The translations under genes were made by a program, and so were the position numbers. The notes under the pieces were generated by a model. It saw nothing but the letters and a program-made list of their open reading frames with translations, ran no database searches and was not told the DNA's origin. Shown here piece by piece: positions 41,438-55,389 of a stretch of 64,000 nucleotides of DNA; position 1 is the first letter of the stretch; every line of letters starts with the position of its first letter. Where the stretch lies: assembly GCA_965153355.1 (NCBI GenBank), contig OZ231126.1:11532001-11596000 (forward strand), written 5' to 3'. Source of the stretch: Flaccisagitta enflata. Lineage: Eukaryota.

Positions 41438-42346
41438 TATCATCGCGTTCACGCTGGAAGTCAGTACGAATGGGTCAACCTCAATCAAAAAGCCTATTAC
41501 TATCTTCACCAAAAGAAACGCGACACCCTAGGCATGATATGATTAATTGGCTATACTCTATCAATTTTAATACCTGAGAGAGTTTATGGGTCAAGTAAGT
41601 TTTCTTCATATCAAAAGTGCATGCCGTGGGTTTCAAAGTCTTTACTTTTTCAAGATTACGATGGCCTTTTTAAAAAGACTCTGTAAGAGTCTTCCTAAGG
41701 CTAAACATAACTAAACTAAACTTAACTAAACAACCAGGCTGGTAATCTAGAATGCAATTTCTATCGCATTTATTCAGTGATAGGGGTCATACCCTTTTCT
41801 CATTCATGCACAGTTTTTGCAGGCCTATGATTTCTAAAACAGGTCTACGCTTTTGCTAGGCAATCTCCAAACGGCTTGAGCCACAGAATCGAAGATAATA
41901 GTGACTTTTCAGCATATCATTTGGGGGTTTTGATATTACATGTCCAATCATACAATACGCGACTAGTGAAGCGCTTTGAAAAAAAGCAAGGCCGGATATA
42001 CGGCTATCTAGTCGTGGACGGTTGGGCAGGAGCGGTAGTGCAAAAATCACTCAAATTCAAAAATGTTATCGACAGACCGACTGATTGACCGACACGGCAA
42101 GGTGTAGAGTCGCCTGTCCGCGACTAATAAATTCCATAAGTTTTCAACAAGACTCTTTTTTTCTATGTTTAAGATAGAGCGAGATTCTTGCCATATTTTG
42201 ATGTACAAAATGGTACGACTAGTGGAACAATATCCCTCACTGCACTCAAGCTGAAATGATTGTAATAGAATGGATAATTTTTGCATCAAAATCATCGATA
42301 ACAAAAAATCGTTTTATCAATATCTCACAATCTCGAAGGTAAAGAA

Positions 42347-42473
42347 ATGTCATCACCACACACAAAACGAATCAAAATTGGCCCATCTTTATCTGGAATC
42401 GAGTCACCACAATCAACTGCACCTATGAACAGGGTTTCAGAGACAGAATCCTTTTTAGAGCCTACAAATCCAG
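42347..42473 (+). CDS. Kelch protein exon 1
   Basis: ATG...EPTNP G|gtgag; phase 1 matches the acceptor ccaccag|GC at 43088. Confidence 0.7.
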
Positions 42474-42576
42474 GTGAGAAAAAGTTCATGTGTCTCACAA
42501 CATTCTTTTTCAACGAAAGTTTGGTAATGGCTTTTTCTTGTAACATCCTACTATCTCTTTTTTCTCTCCCCTCTCC

Positions 42577-42661
<85 letters not shown>

Positions 42662-42726
42662 GAACAGCAACAACAACAACAACAACAACCACAACAACAA
42701 CCACAACAACAACAACAACAACAACC

Positions 42727-42760
<34 letters not shown>

Positions 42761-42952
42761 AATCATTAACAAAATAACAATATTGACAATATGAACAATA
42801 ACGTCAACGACAACATTAACAACACCACCACCACCTAAAATCAAAAACAACAAGTGACGTGGGGTCACAAATTGTGGCATTGCCTAGTCTTGACCATTAC
42901 AACACTGACTTTACCCTTACAAATTTCAAATCTCTCTCTCTCTCTCTCTGTC

Positions 42953-43021
<69 letters not shown>

Positions 43022-43087
43022 CTCGCTCTCACTCTCTCTCTCTCTCTCTCTCTCACTCTATCTCTCTCTCTCTCCCTCCTCCACCAG

Positions 43088-44169
43088 GCAAAGTTTCTTC
43101 ACCACGTCGGCATCTCATCGCTTTGCCGCCGACATTTGAGGACGACTGGAATTCCGCGACTAGTTTTCCAGTCGGCGTTGGATTCGTCGGCGGCTTCATC
43201 GGCGATCAACTCATCCTCTGGGGTGGGGCTCAGACGCAACCAGACGGAAGTTTCATCTTTCTCCCCTCCAACTTTGTTTACTCATTCACGCCGAGTCGAA
43301 ATCAAAGAGACAAAGGAGAATGGAAACGGATTTTGGCGACTGGCGATGTTCATCCTGGAAAAGGATATGCGGCTTACGTGATCCACGATAACTCTCTTCA
43401 CATCTTCGGAGGGGATAAAGGCGGCTGGGATCTCGTCAACGACATTTCCACTCTCACCGCCGATGGCAAATTCACGCGTCTTCCTTCCACAGGTGACATT
43501 CCCTCTCCGCGACAAGATCATCGCGGCTGGTCCTACGATGGCAAGCTCTTCTTTTTCGGCGGCTATGTTAAGCAGATAGACGAGACGCGAAAAGAAGATT
43601 TCGTCGAATGGGCAAGCAAGAAAGAACATTGGGTCTTTCACACCAACGAACTCTATCAATTCGATCCTCGCGCCAACACTTGGAAACGCCTGACGATCAT
43701 CGGCGAGAAACCGACGCCTCGATCCAGTTTCGCCGTCGCTCAAATCGATCATCGCGTTTTCATCCATGGAGGCTTCTGCAACGGGAGAAAGCTGACCGAC
43801 TTTTTCATGATCGACATGAAAACCATGGAGTCGGTCAAGATTGAAAACTCGGGAATCGCGAATGGCTTGGACGATCATTCTCTCACGCGTGTGTCGTTGT
43901 CTCAGCTTTTCCTCGTCGGTGGGAATCCAGGCATCAACACCGACGGAGTCTCGAATCGAGTCGCGATTTTCGACGTCGACAAATTGGAATGGAAGGAAGA
44001 AGCGCCGCTTTCATCAAAATTTGGCGGGGATGAAGGAGGGTTGAAATGGTATCAGGCATTTGAAATGCAGAATGAAAACGGAGTCACGGTGATTTGCATC
44101 GGAGGCTACGTCGATGTTAATATGAAGCAACATCCAGATCACTTCGCCATCTTTGACTTTTCCACGTGA
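43088..44169 (+). CDS. Kelch-repeat beta-propeller protein, KLHDC1/KLHDC2-like, exon 2 (about 402 aa in total)
   Basis: Six GG-containing Kelch blades (LILWGG, LHIFGG, LFFFGG, VFIHGG, LFLVGG, ICIGG) with PSPR/PTPR motifs; WSYDGKLFFFGGY resembles KLHDC1/2. Confidence 0.9.
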
Positions 44170-44390
44170 TATCGTTTAAGCATTTCTTTTTTTTGCACAG
44201 AGCTAGAGAGATCAACATTTTTTTCGAAGTCTTGAAAAGAGATAAGGATGATACCTAAAAGATTTAATGTCACTACCATTGATTCAAATCATTTAATTGG
44301 TATTATGAAAGCTATGTTTTAAGTTAGATTTTCCAATTTTATTAGATCAGCATTTTTATCCCTATGTTTAAAATTCTTTAACATTTTACT

Positions 44391-44460
<70 letters not shown>

Positions 44461-46527
44461 TCATCCACCTCCCCTTTGACTCCCCGAAATAGAACTACAA
44501 AACTTCCTCAGAGTAATTTTTGGCGCGTGCTCGCGACTCTACGACCCGCTATGTTGGTCAGTCGGTAGACGTTAGCTTTTTAAAGCGTTTTTGGCGTTTT
44601 TGGCTTTTGCATCACTGCTCCTGCCCAAATGCTTGAGTTATTACGTTTCCTCACTGCCCCTGCCCACCCGCACGCGACTTCGTTAGCCGTGTATACGGCC
44701 TTATTTGATTAAGACACCGAATCTGGTATGCAGTTATATATAACGTTTCATAAGTAAAAGATTAACATTTGCGGTCAAGAAAACACAAACGCCACCTCTC
44801 AACCCTAAATTCCCACACAAGGATACATTTTCTTTCTTTTTTTGCATCAGTGATAATTTTTTTCTTCCATACTGCTCATACCCAAGTACGAGTGACTTTG
44901 GCTGTTATAACGGACTTCATTAACCGTCATAGATACCCCCTCGACTACATAAGTAATTTACATTAAGCATTCAATTCACAGCTTCAAACCCCTCACATTT
45001 GCCGCTTGCATTGCAGAATATTGTGCGGTGTAATTCATATCGCGAAGGCCCAAAAATATTTCAGAACTTAAAAAACAGATATTGGTGACCCCTTAAAAAC
45101 ATTAAAACAACAACGGTGTTTTATATTCTTTCGAAAATATCGATGATACTCACGATCGTTGAAGGTGGACTTTTAGCGGCGCATCCTCATCTGCGTCAAT
45201 GTAGATATCTTCAATAAATTTTGCGCTTTGTTTTCACTTTTTCTTCCGTATGTACAGATATTTGTGATTATTTTGATGATAGTTTTTTATTTCTTTTCAT
45301 GGTTGACGTGCGCATGTGCGTAGAAACACCAGGAGAGTTAATGTCTTGTCACCATTTGATATCTATCGCTTGTATGTTCGCTGTTGGATTGAGAGGCTAT
45401 TTAAGCAGCGATTATATCTAAGACGAACAACGCTGTAGTGTGGCTGATTCATATTTCATCATCTCCTAATTGAAGAAACAAGGCCAGATACACGGCTACC
45501 CCAGTCGCGTGCAGGTGGGCAGGGGCCGTATTTGAGGTCACTTGATCAATTGGGCAGGAGCAGTGAGGCCAAAGACCGCAAAAGCAGAAAAAAGTAAAGT
45601 GTGACGGACGGACGGACGGACGGACGGACGGACGGACGGACGGACGGACGGACGGACGGACGGACGGACGGACGGACGGACGGACGGACAAAGTGGGGTG
45701 TAGAGTCGCGTAGCACGCGACTAAAAAGTAATTGATGGAGAGATCCAGAAAGAGTGAAACAGAATAATTACGAGTGGATAAAGCTGCAGAGAGATTGTTT
45801 AAAACAGGCCAGGAAACACGGCTACTCCTGTCGCATGCGGATTGTGAGGAGTAGTGATAAATAAGATCACTACGCTATTTGGGCATTGTAAATGTAATTT
45901 CGAAAAGCAATTGAGCGAAATAATGAGGACACTTAGTGGGGTTACAAAGCCTTTCAGATACTAACAAGGAACAGTACGGTTATGACATCTGCAGAATGGG
46001 GCTAGAAGAGATAAAGGCAACGAATGAGCAGAGCTGAGCAATGAAATCACTGATGGCTAGCACTGATAACAAATCTAGGTAGGGCGTTATCATTCAATTT
46101 TGCAAAAGTACGTGTGTATGATTTAAGGATTGCAGAGGTAAATTGTGAACGATACGATGGGGATAGCTTACAGTGTAAAAAAAAAGTCAATGGACAATAG
46201 ACAATAGATAGGCAATTTGAATTAAGTCTCTTTCAATGGTCGTTGCAAGAAAAAAGAACTTCAGTGGGCGCAACTTTGGAAAAAAAACTCCAAAAAAGAA
46301 AAAAATATTCCTTTTTTAATCCACTGCAAATTTGAAGTAATTCCGACTTTTTTTGCCGCGAAAAGATAAGGACGGAGTTGGAATTGAAAAAAGGCTCAGA
46401 AAGAGAAGTAAACAAATTTTTACATTAAAAAAATTATTTTTTTTCTTCTGTTTTTCGCTTTTTCTTTCTTTTCAAAATTGAAAGCGTTGTCGAGAAACCG
46501 CTCTTGATCGATCTCAATTGCCGTGAG

Positions 46528-46574
<47 letters not shown>

Positions 46575-46609
46575 CAAAAAGAGACGCGCACGTACTCATG
46601 CACGCATGA

Positions 46610-46709
<100 letters not shown>

Positions 46710-47216
46710 GCACAAACATAGAAAGAGACATAGTCGAAGAGACAAAGCCAAGGGTGATGATGATGTTAAATGAGAGAAAAACAAGGCCGTATACTACACA
46801 CGGCTACCCCAGTCGCGTGCGGGTGGGCAAGGGTCATAATTGAGGTCACCACATCATTTGGGCAGGAGCAGTGAGGCCAAAAACCGCAAAAACCCACCAA
46901 GAGTTAAGTGTGACGGACGGACCAACCGACGGACCGACGGACCGACAAAGCGGGGTGTAGAGTCACGTGGCACGCGACTAAGAATTCAATCGTGCAAAAA
47001 TCGGCGAAATTTGCAACGGACATCGTACATCGAAATCAAATTGAGAGAAACCTAGATAACGACTTCGGTCGAGTGTGGGTGGGCGCGAGCCGTGGTGTAG
47101 AATAGCCTATTCTAGTAATGTAGTAACTGAACACGAAAATTGGCGGATAGGAGAGGAACGGAGGGAAGTCTAAGGGACATATCCATAGATCCTTTTGGAG
47201 GGCGCATTATTGCTTC

Positions 47217-47745
47217 TTTTTTGGGCAGCGGCTCCGAAGTCCTGTAGAATACAGGGGGACTTTCGTTCATTCGTCCATTTGTCCGTCCGTCCCCTCCAGG
47301 CCCTCTCAGGTCTGAAATCTGCCCTATCAGACTTGAAATCTGCGCTATCAAGCCTGAAATCCACCCTCTCAAGCCCTGAATCTGCCTGAAATCTGCCCTC
47401 TCAAGCCCTGAATCTGCCCTTTCAGGCCTGAAATCTGCCCTCAGGCCTGCAATCTGTCCTCTCAGGCCCTTAATCTGCCCTTTCTGGCAGATTCAAGGCT
47501 AGAGAGGGCAGATTTCAGGCCTGAGATGGTTGTTTTCAGGCCTGATAGGGCAGATTTCAGGCCTGAGAGGGCCTGGGGGAGATGGACGGACGGGCGGATG
47601 GATGGACGAATGAAAGTCCCCCTGTGTTCTACAGGACTTTGTCCCCTTTGGGGCCGCTGCCCTGCTTCCTCTCACTCTAATTCACAATCATGCAAAGCAG
47701 GGTAACGGCTATCGCTGACCACATATTGCCCTTGGGCGACCTGTT
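47217..47745. mobile_element. Long-IR/21-bp-array element in reverse orientation
   Basis: Reverse complement of the leader (CCACATATTGCCCTTGGGCGACCTGTT) at about 47719-47745; same IRs; the array itself switches orientation internally. Confidence 0.75.
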
Positions 47746-48170
47746 AAGATAACAAAGTTGATCTCCATCGGTCCCGGCCTATGCCCCAGCACGGCCCTGG
47801 CCCTGGCCTGGCAAGACTCCGGCCCCGGCCACGGCCTGGCTCGACGCTGCTTTTTTTTGTCAATTTTGAGTTCCAAGTCAATGAAATTGCTTATCAAATT
47901 CGGCTTCATTCTTTACTCTCTAGCTTGCGATGCCCTTGATAAGTAACTAGCTTCATCATGTCTGATATCAAAAAGACTTTTTTGCACATTCATATCGTAT
48001 CGTGATTTTCTGTTAGTTATTAACATTGTTTCATCACTGATATAATTACAAGCACTCAATGATCAAACACACAGATAGATATGGCAACTCCGAGGCTACA
48101 TGAAAGTGAAGGTATGCACTGCGAAGCAATCATACAACGCTCTGGAAACAATATTGCAACAGCAGATGAT

Positions 48171-48362
<192 letters not shown>

Positions 48363-48636
48363 CGTAGAATATCAATTTGACTCGATCGAAGTGCTTCAAA
48401 TTTTCGAATATGAAATTGGTTGCAGACGACCTCGACCTGATTTTCCGAGTCCGACTTACGGTGAACCCTCGTGACCATGTGCGTGCGCATGGTTGTGCGC
48501 GTAATTGTGCACGCGGTAATGTGCGTAATTGGCCGCGCAATAGGGCATGCAAGCGCACATTCACGACAGTACATGTGCATTTTCCCACATTTTTGAGAAA
48601 AGTTACACCGATTTTGCGCATCAACTTGTGAGCCCT

Positions 48637-48670
<34 letters not shown>

Positions 48671-48672
48671 GC

Positions 48673-48709
<37 letters not shown>

Positions 48710-48749
48710 GCAACAACAAAAACAACAACAACAACAACAGCAACAACAA

Positions 48750-48787
<38 letters not shown>

Positions 48788-49010
48788 CCGACGAAAAAAA
48801 AAATAACAGCCACCAGGTTGACAACAATTACAACCAACACTTAGTCAGAGGCAATTGGATAGGGGCAATCTAAGCGCTTGCCGACTGACCGACCGACAAA
48901 CTGAAAATAAAATCAGCAAACAACGATGACTTTTAATGGCAAAAACGTCATCATCAACCACAACAACCGCAACAACTACATCAACAACAGCTCCACTTAT
49001 CACACACACC

Positions 49011-49128
<118 letters not shown>

Positions 49129-49249
49129 CATATATATATACATATACACAAATACAAATATACACACAAATAACACGTACACGTTCATGCTCGTAAACAC
49201 AACACACACAAACAGTGTTGTATGAGAGACACAGACACACACACATAAT

Positions 49250-49390
<141 letters not shown>

Positions 49391-49627
49391 TAGGGATGTG
49401 GAAGCGGTCTATCGCACCACATCCTTAAAAACAACAATAACAATAGTATTGACGACAACATTAACAGCAACTTTTCATCTCATTTATTTATTTTATTTTT
49501 TTTTGTCTTTTGTTTACCCATCGCATCCTAGTGCCTAATCTTGGCAAGAGAGGAGCGTACAACAGTATGAACCGAACAAAAGGCTACCCAAGTGCGACAC
49601 CCAAAGAGACACCCACAAATGCACTGT

Positions 49628-50101
49628 ACACTTTCTTTTTATAAGAACCAAGTTTATGAGAACGTTAGGCTTCATATCGTCAAAAATTAAAGAACATGCG
49701 AAGAAGGCTTCATTTCTTCATAATTTAACAACATTAGGCTCATAATCTTAAAAATATTAGAACATTTTTTTCTGGGCTTTCTTTTATTCAATTATTTTTT
49801 GTAAATAGACAGACCATCTTTTCAGTTCAGCAAATTATGTCTCAATATATGTAGCATGTATCTTTGTACTACTTTCATTGATTTTAATTCACTTAAAATG
49901 TTTAAGCCTGCTGCTTTGTTGTTTCATTAACATTTTCCTTCATCTTCTCCCTTATAACAAACTTAAACTAAATAAGAACATTCTTAATTGAAGGTTAAAA
50001 AGTGTGTTTGAATTAAGAATAATTTAAGAATGTTCAAGCTCAAAATTTAAGAACATTGAAGGCTTGCTCAAAAAATGATGTTCTTATAAAAAAAAAATGT
50101 A
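49628..50101. mobile_element. AT-rich TIR MITE (relatives at about 53377-53532, 58014-58435, 58478-60708)
   Basis: TACACTTTCTTTTTATAAGAAC ... GTTCTTATAAAAAAAAAATGTA with repeated AAGAACAT motifs. Confidence 0.6.
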
Positions 50102-50107
50102 CACATA

Positions 50108-50877
50108 CAGGGTGTCCCAAGTCAGTTGCAACATGAAGAATCGACATATCTCTGCTTCTAGGTCCACAAATCAATTTCTGAAAAAAAATCTAAAAAGATC
50201 TTGGTCTGCACTTTTTACATGCAAAATTTCATGATAATCAGACAATTTGTTTAGGGGCCACATTTCTTTGAAATACACAAGTGATTTCTGACCATGTCTT
50301 TTCTTAGTTTTTTACTTTTAGCTTTACTTGGCAGTAGCTGTATTTAATTGCTTGTCATTTTTCAACCAATTGAGCTAAAATCCTGTGATTGGTCTCAAAT
50401 GGCAGATAATTTGTCATAGATTTTAGATCACAAAAAAAATTTGACAATTTTCCAAGATAGATCCAAATAAGATTTTCATTGTTTTTTTTCTAGATTGTCA
50501 CTTTTGATTTTGATAATGGTTGACCAAAGTCATCAATAAAGTCATAAATTGTCAAAATTTTCCAAGATTTCTATGCAGATGTACAATCTATGTACAATTA
50601 TCTTTCATTTCAGACCAATCCCAGGATTCTGGATCAATTTGGCAGAGTGGTAAAGAGTTAAAGTCAGCTACTTTCACATACAGCTAAAAAAAGATAATTT
50701 TCCATTTCATGTTACTACTCATTTGATGTTCTTCTGACCCGCAACTCAAAGTGGAAGTTTGGTATGACAAAAAGTGCAGACCTAGATCATTGTAAATTTT
50801 TTTTCAAAAATCAATTTGAGTTCCTAGAAGCAGAGATATGTCGATTTTTCATGTTGCAACTGAGTTGGGACACCCTG
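50108..50877. mobile_element. TA-flanked palindromic MITE (Tc1/mariner-type, CAGGGTGTCCCAA ends)
   Basis: Long imperfect inverted repeats; TA TSD. Confidence 0.85.
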
Positions 50878-51401
50878 TAGTAGTCATATTTCCGCATCCA
50901 TATTTCCAAGAACGCTTAAGGGGACTGTTTCATATTTCAATGACCATATTGCATAGTCCCGTTTTGGAATGTCCCTAGCTTGCCCATAGCTATCTACGCA
51001 TCTAAATGATGATCTTTTGTAGTCTATCAGTAGCTTTTACATGATGATGATATCCGCATATTTATAGCTTATCAATTTATGATGTCATTTGTAGTTTGGT
51101 AAAGAGAAATACTTTTAGCTATTTTACTACGTGAGAATGGGATGGTTACTTACATTTTCCGTTTTGGTAACTGACGTTTGATGAATAAGTATTAGCTTCC
51201 TTTTCAATCGCAGCAAATACTATGGATAGATTGCGGTTTGATTGCTTACACATTTTTGCAATACTTTGCTCGATGTTTGCTTACTTCATTTGTGACAATT
51301 TGGTGTGATAGAAAGCGCCAATCAGTCTGTTGGTAGAGAATTGCTTAGAGGTCTTTATGCCGTACATAATAATCAACATTAACGTCAAGATTATCCAGCT
51401 A

Positions 51402-52766
51402 CCCTGTCTTCAGGAGCAACTGTAACCAGCAAGAGTTCTATTGTATCAAAACTGTTTACAGCACAAATTTCGGATTTGTTCTTTCTTATAGCATATTACT
51501 GACGGTTTTTTCATGCAAAATTTTAGCAGGTCAAGTAGTTTAGCTTCTACATTATTTTGAAGTAAAAAACCCTTTTTTGCTTACAGTGGGGTTCGTGGAA
51601 TAACAGCCTAAACTGGAGGAAGGTATTTAAGTGTCTTAATTTCATTTGACAAACTTGATATTTTAAATATAAGTTGTTCACTCGATGCTTTTGTCCCTGA
51701 GTTTTTTGGTTGCTATGGAAACTAAAATCATTTTTTCAAACATTAATAACCACTAAAATATCAATATTTTGAGAAATATTGTCAGGGAACATTGCTCAAA
51801 ATTAAATTTGCTACAACTTTCCCACAGTATGTTCTGTAAGAATATCGCTCATTTGGCCGTTGGTAGGGGGCGTCACACCTAGCAACCGCTAAATGATGCT
51901 CCCTAGCAACGGCTAAACGAGCTATATTCTTACACGACATACTGTGGGAAAGTTGTAGCAAATTTAATTCTGAGCAATGTTCCCTGATAATATTTGTCAA
52001 AATATTGATATTCTAGTTGTTATAAAAGTTCAAAAAAATAATTTTGGTTTCCATAGCAACCGAAAAACTCAGGGACAAAAGCATCAAGTGAACAACTTAT
52101 ATTTTAAATATCATGTTTGTCAAATGACATTAGGACACTTAAATACCTTCCTCCAGTTTAGGCTGTTATTCCACGAACCCCACTGTAACAGTTTTTCATT
52201 TTAGATATTGATGGAGGTCTGTCACTTTATACCTATATAATTTCAAAACGCTTTGAACTAGAACTCTGAAATTGGTCTCAAATTGAAGATTTTTTGAAGG
52301 AGATTATGTCAGGTTCAAGAAAAAAGCATTTCACGCTGCATTTATGAAAATTTTTCACGTTTTTTCCATGATTTTTCCGTGTTCATACAACCTTTCTTGC
52401 TGAATATCCATCATTTACCATTTTCAGATCTCATAATTTTGCACAAGTGGACAGAGAAAAGATTTATTAATGATAGGAACATAAAATGGGATCAACTTGA
52501 TTACTTCAAATCAATATCTTCTCAATTCTGATCAGATTTAAAAGGCTAAACTCTTTTATTTTTCATAAAAACCGCAATTTTATGTGTAAATTTTGGCAAT
52601 TTTCGAAACAATGTAGAAGTTGAACTACTTGACTTGGAGTGCTGAAATTTTGCATGAGAAACCCGTTGGTAATATGCTATAAGATTGAGTAAATCCAAAA
52701 TGTGTGGTGTAAATATTTTTGACACAATACATCTTTTGCTGGTTACAGTTGTTTCTGAAGACAGGG
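51402..52766. mobile_element. TA-flanked TIR element (CCCTGTCTTCAG ends) hosting a nested MITE
   Basis: TIR CCCTGTCTTCAGRARCAACTGTAACCAGCAA at both ends. Confidence 0.75.
51584..52185. mobile_element. Near-perfect 600-bp palindromic MITE, TA TSD
   Basis: CAGTGGGGTTCGTGGAATAACAGCCTAAACTGGAGGAAGG end repeats; arms pair almost to the centre. Confidence 0.9.
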
Positions 52767-53847
52767 TATCCTTTCTCCCATTTCTTCAAGATAAGAAGTC
52801 AATAAGTAATAAACCCTTTTCAAGCAATGAAGAGTTGGCTGCTTATGCAAACGAGTTAGTCATTCTACCACCCCGCGACGGGTACACGCATGGAGACACT
52901 GTCTACACAGTTGGACAGTGCACAATTAGTCAAGACACTACAAGTCTAGATCCCTCAAGAGACAGGTCCGTAGTCACTGTGCCCCCGATTGTCGCATTAA
53001 CACCGATACAACCCTGAACAATATCCTTATTTAAAGCACATTTCATACAATCCTGGGTTTTTAAAACAAACTCAGCAAGGGTGTAAAAAATAATCAAATA
53101 GAAGCTCCAAATCCCCCTCCCTCATCCTCTTCGCCTATTTTGGGAGGACGGGAATTTGGACTTTGGTTTTTGGAAAAAAGGAAAAAGAGAGGGTCGAAAA
53201 TTCAAGACGATATATCATATGGTAACACTGCAACGAAAAACAACATGACAACATGATTTCTCACTAAAAGCCCCGGAATGTGCAACTACAACAACGACAA
53301 CGACGACAAAAACGACAGAAACTACCCCTAGAGCATCTGCACTTTCTCACCCAAAAAATCACTTCTTGCTTCATGTACACTTCATTTTTCTCTTAAGATC
53401 ATCCTTTTTTGGCTGAAGCCTTTAAAAGAGATAGAGATAGCTACTAATAAATAACTACAATGTTCTTAATTTTTGAGCAATTTCAAGCCTTGGTGTTCTT
53501 ATAAACTAGGTTCTTAAAAGAAAAAAAGTGTATGACCTATTTAAAAGCAAAAAAGAAAAACACTCAGCATACTAGGTTATCCTATTAAGATCAGAACGTA
53601 ATGACAATACGGCAGTACTAATTTAGAAAGCTTTTATTCAATTGGTTCTAGCAAATTTACATAGTTGAAGATAAGTCGAATTACGTTCTATCAAACAGTA
53701 CTAGGGGTAACAATATCGTCGCGGAAGGGTGCGAAGAGGCGTTCATTCCCTTTCCTTCCTCATACACATGTAGACACAGGATTCAAAATGGCATTTTCCC
53801 CTTTCTGTTTTAAGCGTGACCAATGGATAACGGATGGATCAACGGAC

Positions 53848-54414
53848 GGTGGGTGGAGTGGGATAAAGTGGCATTAGGTTTTTTTTTCTTATCAGGGTGG
53901 GATTTGATGGACTGTGTAGGTGGGTGAAGTGGGATAAAGTGGCGTTAGATGTTTTTTTCCCATCAGGGTGGGATTTGATGGACTGTGTAGGTGGGTGGAG
54001 TGGGATAAAGTGGCGTTAGGTGTGTTTTTCCCATCAGGGTGGGATTTGATGGACTGTGTAGGTGGGTGGAGTGGGATAAAGTGGTGTTAGGTGTTTTTTT
54101 CTCATCAGGATGTGATGTGATGGACTGAGTAGGTAGGTGGAGTGGGATAAAGTGGCGTTTGGTTTTTTTTTCTTATCAGGGTGGGATTTGATGGACTGCG
54201 TAGGTGGGTGAAGTGGGATAAAGTGGCGTTAGGTGTTTTTTTCCCATCAGGGTGGGATTTGATGAACTGTGTAGGTGGGTGGAGTGGGATAAAGTGGCGT
54301 TAGGTGTTTTTTTCCCATCAGGGTGGGATTTGATGGACTGTGTAGGTGGGTGGAGTGGGATAAAGTGGCGTTAGGTGTTTTCTTTCCCATCAGGGTGGGA
54401 TTTGATGGACTGTG
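53848..54414. repeat. 71-bp minisatellite, about 8 copies
   Basis: Unit GGTGGGTGGAGTGGGATAAAGTGGCGTTAGGTG...CCCATCAGGGTGGGATTTGATGGACTGTGTA starting at 53848, 53919, 53990, 54061 and onwards. Confidence 0.95.
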
Positions 54415-54537
54415 GGACGGACCAACGCGGACGGACAAAGCTTCATATAGAGTCGCTAGCTCACTAGTTCGTCATTTGCTTCTACTCTCCTCCACCTCCT
54501 CCTCCTCATCCTTCTCCTCCCCTTATTCATGTACCAC

Positions 54538-55026
54538 TCACTCTTCGTCCTCCTCTCCTCCAATATTCCCAATGGATTCCCTCGTTACTATCGTGACTTG
54601 CGGAAAAGGCATGCTCTTCTCAAAGGCTCTTTTGGCCATTTGCTTCAACTCTTCCGCGGATTCTCCCGTTTGGTCGACAAGCTCCTTCAGGATCGACTTC
54701 TCCTTGCACAACAGCAGATGCGGTTTGTCAAACTCGGCGACGTTTCCGGCGTCGAGGACGAGGATGCGGTCGGAATCCATGACCGTCTGCAGCCGATGCG
54801 CCACCGTTAACGTCGTGCATCCGCGGAACTTGGAACGGATCGTCCGCTGAATCAGTTTGTCCGTAAGATTGTCCAAGTTTGCCGTGGCTTCGTCGACGAG
54901 CAGGACGTTGCAGCGTTGAAGGATGGCTCGTGCGAGGCAAAGCAGTTGACGTTGGCCGACGGAGAGATTGGAACCGGATTCTTGAAGCTCCGTGTCCAGC
55001 GCGTCGGGAAGCTCCTCAACGGCAAC
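54538..55026 (-). CDS. ABCC4: ABCC4/MRP4-like ABC transporter, last exon (NBD2 signature, Walker B, H-loop)
   Basis: GSNLSVGQRQLLCLARAIL...LLVDEATAN...LTVAHRL; tctcag acceptor; stop at 54538. Confidence 0.93.
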   Translation of the reverse strand, partial: VAVEELPDALDTELQESGSNLSVGQRQLLCLARAILQRCNVLLVDEATANLDNLTDKLIQRTIRSKFRGCTTLTVAHRLQTVMDSDRILVLDAGNVAEFDKPHLLLCKEKSILKELVDQTGESAEELKQMAKRAFEKSMPFPQVTIVTRESIGNIGGEEDEE

Positions 55027-55389
55027 CTGAGAATGTGTTTAGAGCATTTTAAAAGTCGCTTGTATGCGAATAACTCAGTGTCAGCAACTTGATCGGTCAG
55101 TTGGTTGGTCAGCCGGTCATATTTGTCAATTAGGGAATTGGTAAAAGGTAAAAAACATATCACTCTTTGACATGAAGAGCTTAGGCATGGTCCTACCCGC
55201 TGATCCATCGTCATATCGCTGCCACAAACCGCATCAACGGGGAAATAAACTGTTTGAATCTTGAATCTTGAACAAACTGGCGTCACTACCTCCGCAAATA
55301 TGCCATAAGTCGCTTGTGCAAAACCATGATAAAACCCTAAGTAAGTCCGTTGGTTGGTCAGTCTGTCACTCTATGGATGTTAGGAAATA

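Noticed and set aside
42859-43087. N-terminal part of the 436-aa Kelch ORF
   Set aside because: It is the (CT)n polypyrimidine tract of the intron; the true start is more likely 42347.
43282-43878. 198-aa antisense ORF over the Kelch exon (likewise antisense ORFs over cytohesin and ABCC exons)
   Set aside because: Shadow ORFs of GC-richer coding sequence.
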